Of a stretch of DNA of 64,000 nucleotides, positions 39,554-50,929 are shown piece by piece. The notes under the pieces were generated by a model. That model did no database searches and had not been told where the DNA came from. It saw only the letters and a list, made by a program, of their open reading frames with translations. A program made the translations under genes and the position numbers. Origin of the DNA: Azolla caroliniana (taxonomy: Eukaryota; Plantae; Polypodiophyta); assembly GCA_043228905.1 (NCBI GenBank), contig JBHGNT010000011.1, forward strand, positions 13,764,001 to 13,828,000. Direction: 5' to 3'. Within the stretch, counting starts at the first letter, position 1. Each line of letters begins with the position of its first letter.

Positions 39554-41363
39554 AGATGGATGCAACATGGAGGGAATTTCGAATGAAGCTTGCTCCCTTG
39601 CTGGCCATTGGGGTCTTGGCAAGCTCATTGTGTTCTATGATGACAATCATATCTCGATTGATGGTGACACTGCGATTGCCTTTACTGAGAATGTCGAAGA
39701 TCGTTTTGCAGCTATGGGTTGGCACATACTATTTGTCGAAAATGGCAACACAGATTATGATGCCATTCGACAATCGATTGCAGATGCTAAAGCAGTAACT
39801 GACAAACCCACATTTATCAAGGTCATGCTCTATTTTCAATTAATGTTTTTGTGCAGATGTCTTGCAAGCTTTAATAGAAGTAGAAGCCTCACTATACTGT
39901 TCCATTGCAGGTTACCACCATTATCGGGTATGGTTCACCTAATAAAGCTAATAGTTACAGTGTTCACGGTAGTGCACTCGGCGCTAAAGAGGTGGAGGCT
40001 ACTAGACAGAGCTTGAACTGGCCATATGAGCCCTTCTTTGTTCCAGAAGATGTGAAAAGGTTTGTGTTGAAAGGGATGGCTTGTACTTTCTGTCTTTGAA
40101 GATGTAAATGTGTGCCATCATCTAAGTAGAGTTTTGGATGAATGAAACAATTTCAGCCTCTGGAGTAAGCATACCAAGATAGGAGCAGATCTCGAAGCCA
40201 AATGGGAGGCTGATTTGGCTGCATATTTGAAGAAATATCCAGAAGAAGGCGCAGAATTTAAGAGTTTGATCAGTGGAGAATTACCAGCAGGGTGGGAGAA
40301 AGCTCTTCCAGTGAGTGATTCTAAAACTTCAGTTATAGGATTGCCTTCTCATATTGGGATTTTTTTCTCAGGAATAAATAACATTTTTTTGGTGAAATTG
40401 CAGACATACACTCCGGAGACACCTGGAGATGCCACGAGGAATCTCTCACAAACATGTCTTAATGCACTAGCCAAGGTTCTCCCTGGGCTTCTTGGGGGTA
40501 GTGCTGATCTTGCTTCATCAAACATGACTCTACTGAAGATGTTCGGAGACTTCCAAAAGGATACACCCGCTGAGCGCAATCTTAGGTTCGGTGTGCGTGA
40601 GCATGGTATGGGTGCCATTTGCAATGGCATCGCTCTTCATGGCAGTGGTCTGATCCCTTATTGTGCTACCTTTTTCGTCTTCACTGATTATATGAGGGGT
40701 GCAATGAGAATTTCTGCGTTGTCTGAGGCTGGTGTGATCTATGTCATGACCCATGACTCCATTGGTCTGGGAGAAGATGGTCCTACTCATCAGCCTATTG
40801 AACATCTTGCAAGTTTCAGAGCTATGCCTAACATTTTGATGCTCCGACCTGCTGATGGAAATGAAACTGCAGGGTCTTACAAGGTGGCTGTTGAGAATCG
40901 AACAAGGCCATCTATTCTTGCTTTGTCCCGCCAAAAGCTTCCCAATCTGCCTGGCACTTCAATTGAAGGAGTATCAAAAGGAGGGTATACCATAAGTGAT
41001 AACTCAAGCGGGAACAAGCCAGATTTGATATTAATCAGCACTGGGTCAGAGTTGGAGATAGCTTATAAGGCTGCAGAGGAGATAAGAAAGGAGGGGAAAA
41101 CAGTTCGAGTTGTATCACTCGTGTCATGGGAGCTGTTTGATGAGCAAACTGCTGAATACAAGGAAAGTGTGTTGCCTGCCAGTGTGAAGGCAAGAGTGAG
41201 CGTGGAAGCAGGCTCAACATTTGGCTGGGGCAAACATGTTGGATCTGAAGGCACGGCTATTGGTGTAGACCACTTCGGTGCAAGTGCGCCCGCCAGCATT
41301 CTGTACAAGGAATTTGGTATCAGTGTTGAGAATGTTGTCTCAAAAGCCAAGGCACTCTTGTAA
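39554..41363 (+). CDS. TKL: Transketolase, plant plastid type (5'-partial)
   Basis: Exons <39554-39821, 39911-40059, 40157-40310, 40404-41363 with GT-AG introns. Motifs DGCNMEG...[51 protein letters not shown]. Confidence 0.97.
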
Positions 41364-42499
41364 AATTCTTGTGCGAACATAATTTCGCAATTTTGTTAAA
41401 AGAACACCATCAACTCTCTTGTGCTAGAAATCTCTGCAGCCAGAATGGTAGCTAGCTTTGAGTTGTTTGCTTCCAGTTTCCGCAACTTCATAACATAAGT
41501 ATCCATGGATATGTTTTTCTTGTTCATGGATATCTATTTGCTTGATTTGCAACTATGGTTTTAATCTTCATAATAAATTGATGCTTAAATCTCCCCACTG
41601 CACATTAAATGCATTTGATCAGAGGTACTGTTTTGTGCCATGCCTAATAAGAGAGAAGGTATTGTAACTTGAATGTACTAATTAATTAATATGAGATACT
41701 TAATTTACAATGTTTTAATTATTGAGTGCTTATTATGAAGTGCATCAGAAAAAAACGCGCAAGTATATGGATGGAATCTTTGGTTGTATGAGAGTTGTTG
41801 AACTTCTAGCCATATTTTGCTTCACGATTGTTTGTCTTCATGTATAACTTGTCAAATCTTGGGGCATGGAGTGTTAATTTGTGTTTCCTACGGGAAAATG
41901 TTACTGGTTACTCTGGGTGGAAAGTGATCTTTTGAAGGTCTGGAAGTCTGCAAGCATTGGAGCATAGAAAGTGTTTTTGTGGAACCGAGTGTGATTCCCA
42001 TGTGGAAAGTTAAATCATAGGATTTGAGGAACAAAAAGTTTCTTTGGCGGCAAGTCCCTTTTTGTTTCTCATAAACTAAACACATACACACCCTTACCTG
42101 TAGAACCTAAACTCAAAACGGAAAGGAAAGAGAAATTTACTTCACCCGTGTTCACCCTGTAAATGACAATTGGCTGGGGATCGATGATCCAGCATAGAAC
42201 TAATTAAAACTATGTTCTATCAATGGAATCGATCTTACTGTAAAGAATAATAACGGAGAACATGTCTTCGACATAACGATTGGTGTAGTGCAGTATACAC
42301 ACAGGAGAACAGCGGCCAAGCAATTTAGGCAGATATAAGGTAATTAACCAAAATTCTTATTAGAGCTACAGCACCCGTTCCTCATGAGGATGTTATCATT
42401 GTAACTGATAATGGGTTGATTCAGTTTTCTGTCGTCCAAAACAAGATTGCACATTTAAAGAGCTGCGTAGACATCCATAAATACACACATATTTATGTA

Positions 42500-42866
42500 T
42501 GACCTGTTTATAAGCACATACTAATTCTACCCTTTACTCTTTATATGGTTAGAGAGATAGATATCTGCGGTACTGGTCATGTATTGGCTCGCTGAACAGG
42601 TTGCCCTTGGTAAATGCACTCATCCATTCCACTTGTTTATATGGGTGGCGAGTAGAGAGATGGATATCTATTATACTGATCATGTATTGACTTAACCCTT
42701 GCCTTTGTTATATGCACATATTAATTCCACCCACAATATCGGTTGAGAGATAGATTGGTATGGTAACAGCCATGTATTGGCTTGACAGATGGATTGCCTT
42801 CGTCAAATGCACATTAATTCCACTCATTTATATGGGTGGAGAGATAGATGGCTATGGTATTGGTCC
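42500..42866. repeat. Diverged ~100-bp tandem repeat (~3.5 units) upstream of PPR gene
   Basis: Recurring GAGAGATAGAT...CATGTATTGGCT...TTGCC...ATGCAC...ATTCCAC blocks. Confidence 0.8.
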
Positions 42867-42964
42867 TTGGTAGACCAAATATGACCCAGAAGCAATACAA
42901 TGAGAGCTATACCCCCGCAGAAGAAGGGTTTTTTGCAGATCCTTTGGTCACCTGAGTACAAATA

Positions 42965-45574
42965 ATGATGGTATCAGCACATGTACACCCAAAGAAAAAG
43001 TATGGGAAGAGTGAATTTTCTTTCGTGACATTACTCAAGATTTGCGCAAAGAAGAAGGATCTGCGTGAAGGTAGTAGGCTACATGCAGAAATTGTTAAAC
43101 AGGGATTATTGGAGAAGATTCCTCATATAGCTAGTAGTTTGATTAATATGTATGCCAAATGCGGAATGATTGCAAAAGCACAAGAACTCCATGATGAACT
43201 TCATGTCCAAAGCATAGTTTCTTGGAATGCACTCATTGCAGGGTATGTCCAAGTAGGACAAGGTCATGAAGCATGGACTTGCTTTGAGCAGATGCAAAAT
43301 GAAGGCTTTTCACCCAATGAAATAAGTTTTGTTTGTGTCTTGAAGGCATGTGGTAGCATTGGAGCTATTGACAGAGGCAAACAGATTCATGATGAGATTG
43401 TCCAAAGGGGATTGCTACAAACAAATACCATACTTGGTAATGCTTTAATCGATATGTATGCCAAATGTGGGATGCTTGTTGAAGCACAGGAGGTTCATAA
43501 TGAGCTCTCTCTCCGAGATGTTGTCTCTTGGTCCACACTAATTGCAGGGTATGTACAACAAGGGCAAGGACACGAAGCACTGAATTGTTTTACGCAGATG
43601 CAAGCAGAGCACCTCTCTCCAAATGCAGTCACCTTCACTTGCATTTTGAAGGCTTGTGCCAACACAGAGGCTATTAATAAGGGCATGGAGATTCATAGTG
43701 AGATTATTCGATCAGATTCACTTAAGTGTGATATTATCCTTGCCACTGCTTTGGTGGAGATGTATGTCAAATTTAATATGCTTGTAAAAGCAGAGCAAGT
43801 ACTTGATGAGCTTCCAGTTGGTGATGCAATCATTTGGAATGTGTTGATTGCAGGATATATTGAACAAGGCCGAAGTCAGGAAGCACTGGACTGTTTTCAG
43901 CGCATGCAAGAAGAGGGTCTATCTCCAAACATAGTCTCCTACATTTATATTTTGAAAGCATGTGGCAGCATTGTGTCTATCAAAAGGGGTGAACAAATTC
44001 ACGATGAGATTGTCAGCAGAGGCCTCCCAGAGAAAGATAATGTCCTTGGTACTGCTTTGGTGGATATGTATGCCAAATGTGGCATGCTTGAAAAAGCAAA
44101 GAAACTTCATGATGAACTTCTTGTCCAAAGCGTGGTCTCTTGGAATGCATTGATCACAGGATATGCACAGCAAGGGCAAGATTCTAATGCATTAAACTGT
44201 CTTGAACAGATGCAAAATGAGGGATTCTCTCCAGACGAAGTGACTTTCATCTGCATATTGAAGGTATGTGGTGACACAGGAGCTATTGAAAAAGGGAAGC
44301 AAATCCATGATGAGGTGGTCCGTAGAGGTTTGCTAAAGAATAATAATCTTGTGCTTGGTACTTCTTTGGTAGATATGTATGCTAAATGTGGTTTCCTTGC
44401 AAAAGCACAGCAAGTTCATTGTGAACTTGAAGTTCGGAATGCAGTCATTTGGAATGCATTAATGTTTGGTTATATCCAAGAATGCCAAAGTGATGAAGCG
44501 CTGGTCTGCTTTGAACGTATTCAAAGTGAGGGTCTCTGTCCAAATGAAATCACTTTTACTTTCACCTTGAAGGCTTGTGGGTGTACAAAGGCTACTAGCA
44601 AAGGCAAACAGATTCATTGCATAATTATTGAAGGACAAATGCTGGAGAAAAGTGTTGTGCTTGGAAATGCTTTGATTGATATGTATGCCAAATGTAATGG
44701 GCTTACAGAAGCACGACAAGTGCTTGAAGAGCTTCCATTTCGGGATGTAGTCTCTTGGTCTTCTCTAATTGCAGGATATGCCCAACAGGAACAAGGTCAT
44801 GAAGCACTGAACTGTCTTCGACGGATGCAAGCTGACGCTATAGCTCCAAATGCAGTGACATTTATTTGCACCTTAAATGCCTGTGCCAGCATAGGAGCCA
44901 TGAGTAAAGGCAAACAAATTCATCAAAATATTTTGAGCATTGGGCTTCTAGAGAAAGTCATTGCACTTGGCAATGCTTTAGTAGATATGTATGCAAAATG
45001 TGGTGCACTTGCGAAAGCACAACAAGTTCTCTTCGAACTTAACATGCGAAATGTAGTCACTTGGAATGCACTAATCACAGGGTATGCTCAACAAGGGCAA
45101 GGTCATGAGGCATTGAACTGTGTCAAATGTATGCAATGTGAGGGAATCTCTCTGAATGAGGTCACATTCTTATGCATCCTCAATGCATGTAGTCATTCAG
45201 GGTTACTAGATGAAGCCCGAATGCACTTTATAGATATGGCCCAAAAATATAGCCTTCAACCTAACATAGAGCATTATACTTGTATGGTAGTTGTTTTTGG
45301 ACATGCTGGTCTCTTTGAAAAGGCAGTTTCAGTGATTAAGACACTATCATCTGGTGAGTATCCTTCAGTTTGGCTTGCATTATTAGGTGCTTGTAGAAAG
45401 TGGGGTAATGTGAAGCTTGGGAAGTTGGCTTTTGATGAAGTGCTACTGCTGGATAACGGCTGTGCTGCAGCTTATACTCTTATGGCTAATATTTATGCAG
45501 CTGCTGGCATGCAAGCTGATGCAGAAAAGGTTGGAACGATGAGGCTGAAGAGTGCTGCTCTGGAAAAGCTTTGA
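42965..45574 (+). CDS. PLS-class PPR protein with E domain (869 aa, intronless ORF)
   Basis: About seven P-L-S triplets (LGNALVDMYAKCG, VVSWNALIAGY, VTFICILKAC), then ACSHSG, HYTCMV, WLALLGACRKWG and YTLMANIYA; no DYW. The true start could lie upstream. Confidence 0.93.
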   Translation: MMVSAHVHPKKKYGKSEFSFVTLLKICAKKKDLREGSRLHAEIVKQGLLEKIPHIASSLINMYAKCGMIAKAQELHDELHVQSIVSWNALIAGYVQVGQGHEAWTCFEQMQNEGFSPNEISFVCVLKACGSIGAIDRGKQIHDEIVQRGLLQTNTILGNALIDMYAKCGMLVEAQEVHNELSLRDVVSWSTLIAGYVQQGQGHEALNCFTQMQAEHLSPNAVTFTCILKACANTEAINKGMEIHSEIIRSDSLKCDIILATALVEMYVKFNMLVKAEQVLDELPVGDAIIWNVLIAGYIEQGRSQEALDCFQRMQEEGLSPNIVSYIYILKACGSIVSIKRGEQIHDEIVSRGLPEKDNVLGTALVDMYAKCGMLEKAKKLHDELLVQSVVSWNALITGYAQQGQDSNALNCLEQMQNEGFSPDEVTFICILKVCGDTGAIEKGKQIHDEVVRRGLLKNNNLVLGTSLVDMYAKCGFLAKAQQVHCELEVRNAVIWNALMFGYIQECQSDEALVCFERIQSEGLCPNEITFTFTLKACGCTKATSKGKQIHCIIIEGQMLEKSVVLGNALIDMYAKCNGLTEARQVLEELPFRDVVSWSSLIAGYAQQEQGHEALNCLRRMQADAIAPNAVTFICTLNACASIGAMSKGKQIHQNILSIGLLEKVIALGNALVDMYAKCGALAKAQQVLFELNMRNVVTWNALITGYAQQGQGHEALNCVKCMQCEGISLNEVTFLCILNACSHSGLLDEARMHFIDMAQKYSLQPNIEHYTCMVVVFGHAGLFEKAVSVIKTLSSGEYPSVWLALLGACRKWGNVKLGKLAFDEVLLLDNGCAAAYTLMANIYAAAGMQADAEKVGTMRLKSAALEKL

Positions 45575-48500
45575 TGCAAGTGGAAATGCTCATTCCGTTT
45601 GTCACAATTCATAACAAGTTTATCATTGATTCAGCAACAACACAACAATCTGTTGGTTGTAGTTGATTTGTCAGATGAAGATAGCATAAGATAATAAGAA
45701 GCTGCAAATTGCACTAGTAGCTTGCCTAATTATGCAAAGTATCCATTGCAAGCTCTATGGTGATTGTACTCTAAGCGAGGGAAACATATTTATGTTTCGA
45801 ATGGCATAAGATAATAAGAAGGTGCAAGTTGCACAAGTAGCTTGCCTAATTATGCAAAGTATCCATTGCAAGCTCTATGGTGATTGTACTCTAAGCCAGG
45901 GAAACATATTTATGTTTCGAATGGTCCAGCCAAAAGGAGTTAGATGAAATATACAGATAAGGAACTACGAGAATGGGGAAATGTTTTGCCTTGGAAATTG
46001 CAAATACTTGCAAATGTAAGTATGCTGCAAGAGGCTTCTTTATTTGGGAGTCATATCTTAGGATCCCATTTGTTATTCTGGAGAAATATCTTACAACCTG
46101 GTTTGCCAAGTTGCAGAGAACAAGAAAGATTCTGGAGACAGATTCATATGCTTTACATAAACATGCAATTCAATAATTCCATTTTTTCTAATTAGGTCAT
46201 TCGTTGTCTAATCAATACTGGCATCCTGACCAGAATCGAAGAAATATGTATCCATCTAAATTTTGATGATGTCCATGGCTCAAATCTTTCAAAGGATCAT
46301 AGACAGGAGTGGCTTCTTCACATTGATCTTCAACAGTAATGGGTAGACACATCTTCTAGTGACTTTGGTTAGAACCCATCGCCAAACTCCATTTAATATA
46401 GCATACACTAATTACATATGATATTAAGAAAATTTTAGACTCAAAATTAGGCTTTCCAAGAAATGTTATCATCAATATAATTGTATGTTGGGGGAGCATA
46501 ACCTTGCATTGCAAAGATTGCAATGAGAGGATTCCAAAACACCAAGAATCACTCAAAGCAGATTTGTAATATGAGATTTATAACATTTCCTCTAAAAAGC
46601 AATTGCAAATTAGTGTATTGCTAATTGATACATGGATTACATGAAATTGATATATTTTTTGGTCTCATAGGTCATATTTGATCTCTGAAAACAATAACAA
46701 AATCTGCTTATCTGTATGTCTATCTTTGGCATCTTCTCAAAGTTATGAAAGAAGATACTTTGCAATCCATGTATTAATGTCACCAAGAAGAATAATATCT
46801 TCAAACTTTGGAAAACTCACAAATGTCCTCACCTTGCATACTATAGGGTGATTGTGCATTGGGGGAGGAGCATAGTTCAGTGTGGTATGTAGTGTTGACA
46901 AGGATCATTAAAATTTAAAGATGGATTGAATTGAGGTTGTTATCTTGAAAACAAGAATTTGGGGTGAATGCCAAAATATGACAATGATGCATGAGTGAAA
47001 TGGATGAATTGATGTTATGACTAAGTATATAAATTCCTCTAAAACATGATCATAGCCATCTTCAACTGAATATAAGGCGACATGAGCATTTAAGATTACA
47101 CAATGTCATTATCACAAAAATTATTCCATAAGAGTCATATTGTTGCTACCTTATATTTAACCACTAAACTTATTTTTTAAGTCATACACAAACGAGTTAC
47201 TGCACCCATGAAATTAGACAACAAGTGGACACTCAACAACGATATTAAAGATAAGTGTGAAATCAATTTAGGTAATAATAAATAAGCCCACAAAAGGTTA
47301 CTACACCCATGAAATTAGACAATTGAACAAGTGGACACTCAACAACGATATGAAAGGTAAGTGTGAAATCAATTTAGGTAATAATAAATAAGCCCACAAA
47401 TGCTTTAAGGAATCGATCCATGGGTAAAATAATAAACCATCGTGGAGTCATCAACCCCCAAGCAAGACTAATGAAAAATAATTAACATACGACTTTATAT
47501 CACAAATGTATTGGACAACTCAACAATGAATCTATAGGTGGCTAAACTAGTGATACATACATTTATGTAACATGTCTATAAACCATTTTAGAAATAGAAA
47601 TACCTATGTTATATATTTGATTTACACATGTACGATAAATAACCAACAAAGTACATGCCTAGCACATATTTTTGGAGGCCATGAAAATATCATCAAGCCC
47701 GGGGATGGGTAGACAAGGGCTAGCTCTAATTGAACTTGACTTTCCTTAAAGAATAAATATTGAGGGTGTGTCCAATTGGTACCAATGAGTGATGGTGGTT
47801 TGCAAAAACATCAAAGTTTAACAAATATATGCATACACACACATACTTGAAGAGAGGATTGAGGGCACCATGTTTTGATCATGGATGACAATATAGATAA
47901 GCCAACATGTTTTTAACACATGGTGAACTTCAACCATCTAAGATCTACTTGTGGGAGCATCAACCACAATTATAAGCAAACATTAACAACATATGTTATT
48001 TTCATCCTTCACCTTCCATTCACACAATATGCATGTGAATTGAATGTTTGCAATATAAAACTCTGTCATCAGTCGAAGAAGATAAGAAAAACGGTTCATA
48101 CTGATCAGTACCTTGTGGAATGTTGAGAGAGAGTTCTTATTTCATAGAAGATGGAGATCTCTCTGTTGCAGAAGTATTAATTTCATAGCATACATCACAA
48201 TATAAAGCATCACCATCAATTGCCTTTTCGTGCGAAAATATTATTAGAAATGAGTGTTTGAAGGTCAGTCCAACCAGCACCAGTAGAGGCTGATATGGAG
48301 AAATATCCATCAAAGCTTGGGTCAAATTACAAGCCTGAGATACATATAAATCCACACAATATTAAACATATATTTACATGACATACCACATCCACTAGCA
48401 GATATGAGATGATGATAAGCCAGACCAAGTTTAGCACGTATACTTAAACTACATCCAAATGACATGATATGATAAGGAAAGCACATCTAACATTTGGACT

Positions 48501-48667
48501 TTGATCTACATCCAGATGTGATCAATGATGTGATATGACAAACTGAAGATGTTAAAACACATCAGAGTTCAAATCACATCCACATATATTTTCTGCTCTA
48601 TGTGAGCATTGTGCTACAATAATGAAATTAGGGTAGAATTAAATGTGTCAAACATCGCACATGTCAA

Positions 48668-49201
48668 TTAGAGGATTTGCCGAGAAGAAGATGATGATGA
48701 TTCACACTCGGGTATGTCATCGAAATTAGAGGCAGGGTAGTTAACTGAAAGGGCCCCGTCGATCTCAAAGGAGATCTGTTTCTTAGACTTCCCCCATCCT
48801 TCTTGCTCGAGTGCTCGAATCGCGGTGATAGGCCACCACTTATAGACAGCCTTCACAGAGACTCCTCGGAGATCAGATATATAGTCCTGCGAGATAGTGC
48901 CCGAGATCGAAGAAGCATATGAGACATGGTATGGGCGATCTCCGGGTATTGTGAAATGGCAAGGCTTCTCGAGATTCACTTCGAAGTGCCCATCCGTTTC
49001 TCGAAGTGTGTAGGAGAGTATGATCCCTGGTATAAGTCCCACAGGGAAACCTGTCTGCAGCAGCTCTTCTTGCACAGCTATGGAGATGTTGCTACGAGGA
49101 GGAGCATCGCCATCATTGGTGTTGCGAATTGCGAAACATACATAGAACCGCCATTGAAGGGTGAGGAGAATGAGCAGAGAAAGGGAGGAGCAGGGTGCCA
49201 T
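48668..49201 (-). CDS. DUF538 family protein with signal peptide (177 aa)
   Basis: ELLQTGFPVGLIP...GHFEVNLEKPC...VSYASSISGTI...ISDLRGVSVKAVYKWWPI...F is the DUF538 pattern. The likely start MAPC is in good context (GCCATGG) and precedes a hydrophobic leader; the upstream extension is GA microsatellite. Confidence 0.88.
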   Translation of the reverse strand: MAPCSSLSLLILLTLQWRFYVCFAIRNTNDGDAPPRSNISIAVQEELLQTGFPVGLIPGIILSYTLRETDGHFEVNLEKPCHFTIPGDRPYHVSYASSISGTISQDYISDLRGVSVKAVYKWWPITAIRALEQEGWGKSKKQISFEIDGALSVNYPASNFDDIPECESSSSSSRQIL

Positions 49202-49407
49202 GGCTTCTTCTCCTTCTCCTTCTCCTTCTCCTTCTCTTTCTCCTTCTCTTTGGTCTTCTCTGTAACTTTTAATTCGGAATCTCCATCTCCTGCTTCCATG
49301 TCCTAAAAGCCCACGGCCCTGCGACTTTGTCTTAAACAGAAAAGAAAAGAAAAGAAAAGAAATAATGCTCATGATTTGTGATCAACATGGAGCCCACTAC
49401 CACCACC

Positions 49408-49459
<52 letters not shown>

Positions 49460-50929
49460 ATTTTGATACCAGGAGGTCATGGGTTCAACCCCTTACATTC
49501 AAACAAATGGCATCTAGTGAATTAAGAAATACGTATGAAGTATGGAATCGAGAGGTGAGAAATTTGGGTTTGTCTTGCTTGTCGTGTGTAACAACTTCCC
49601 ACTAAAAAAGAAGAAGATAGAATCGCTTCTTTTGGAGGCCATAAGGTCACGTGTTCAACCCCTACATTCCAGAGTTCGAATTATAGTAAATTAAAAGAAA
49701 TATATAGCGTGCAAATAAAGAAGTTTGGAAGCTTAGTCTTGAACCCAAGGCTGAGAGGACATGTAGTGCAACAACAACTTCACTAGAGTAAGCTAATTAT
49801 GAGAGAGAGACAGAGAGACAGAGCAAGTGAGAGACTCGTCACTTTGCTAGTCCAGTATGGTATGTAGTTCATGAGAAATGATATATGATGATATACCAAA
49901 AATGTGCTAACATAAGGATTTGAACCCATGACCTTATGTTACTGAGCGAAATAGTCTTCTGTTGAGATGAGTTATCATAGGGGTCACGATCTATCCCACC
50001 ACATCAAGAAAAGAGGATAAATTTTACAAACCACAATTAATAGATAGATACAATATTATGAAATGGGAAAGTACTCTAAACCATACAGTTAAAGCCATGG
50101 CCCATGGGTGCCAAAGCATGTTCAAGAGATGTTTTTGTACTATTCATTTGCTCCCCACCTTTCCTTTTCATACGTAAATAATTGTATAGGTATTTCTACG
50201 ATCGAGTTAAAAAACTTTGAATCGATATGTTGGGTTTCACATACCATACAAGAAAATAAAGTAAGATAAAACATAGAAATGATTAAACTACCTATGTATT
50301 CTTCTTCTTTCTTACTTGGAACAATTGAGAATTGTGATTCTTTAGGTTGAGTGTGGTGTCAAGGCCCACAATCTTTACAAAGTTAGTAGCTTTAGAGAGA
50401 ATGAATCTACTATGTTTTTCCAAAACATGAAACATGTGTAAGGCCATGTTCGATAGATATGAAACTTTTTAACATAAACCTACAAAAATGTGGTGGGACA
50501 ACAAAATCCTAATAATGTGGATGCCCAATTATAAGGTAAAAGAAAATGTAGGCATACATAAATGATGGATGTCAAAGTGATGGATCAAAGTTGGGACTTT
50601 TAGCTTTGATTCTCTTCTCGAGAAAATTGTGTCTAGCCTCAATAGGCAAGACAAAAATTAGTCGGCTCCAATGACAATTTATTATAAGAACTTGAATGTA
50701 GATTTAATAGAATAAACCACTCAACAAGCATGATTTCTCATATTGCAATTTGTAGACCTCTCCTTACTTTAGTTAGAAACAACAATAGATGTTAATTGAA
50801 GGATAAGTAAAGAAGACTACATAGATAAATAACTAACAATAGACTTCGATTAGCCAAAAGATATTACAACAAACCCCCTAGCACAAATCCATTTACATGG
50901 TTTATTACTTATCAACCATTTTGCATCTC

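Noticed and set aside
49202-49372. N-terminal extension of the DUF538 ORF
   Set aside because: Low-complexity GA repeat; the downstream ATG has better context and precedes the signal peptide.
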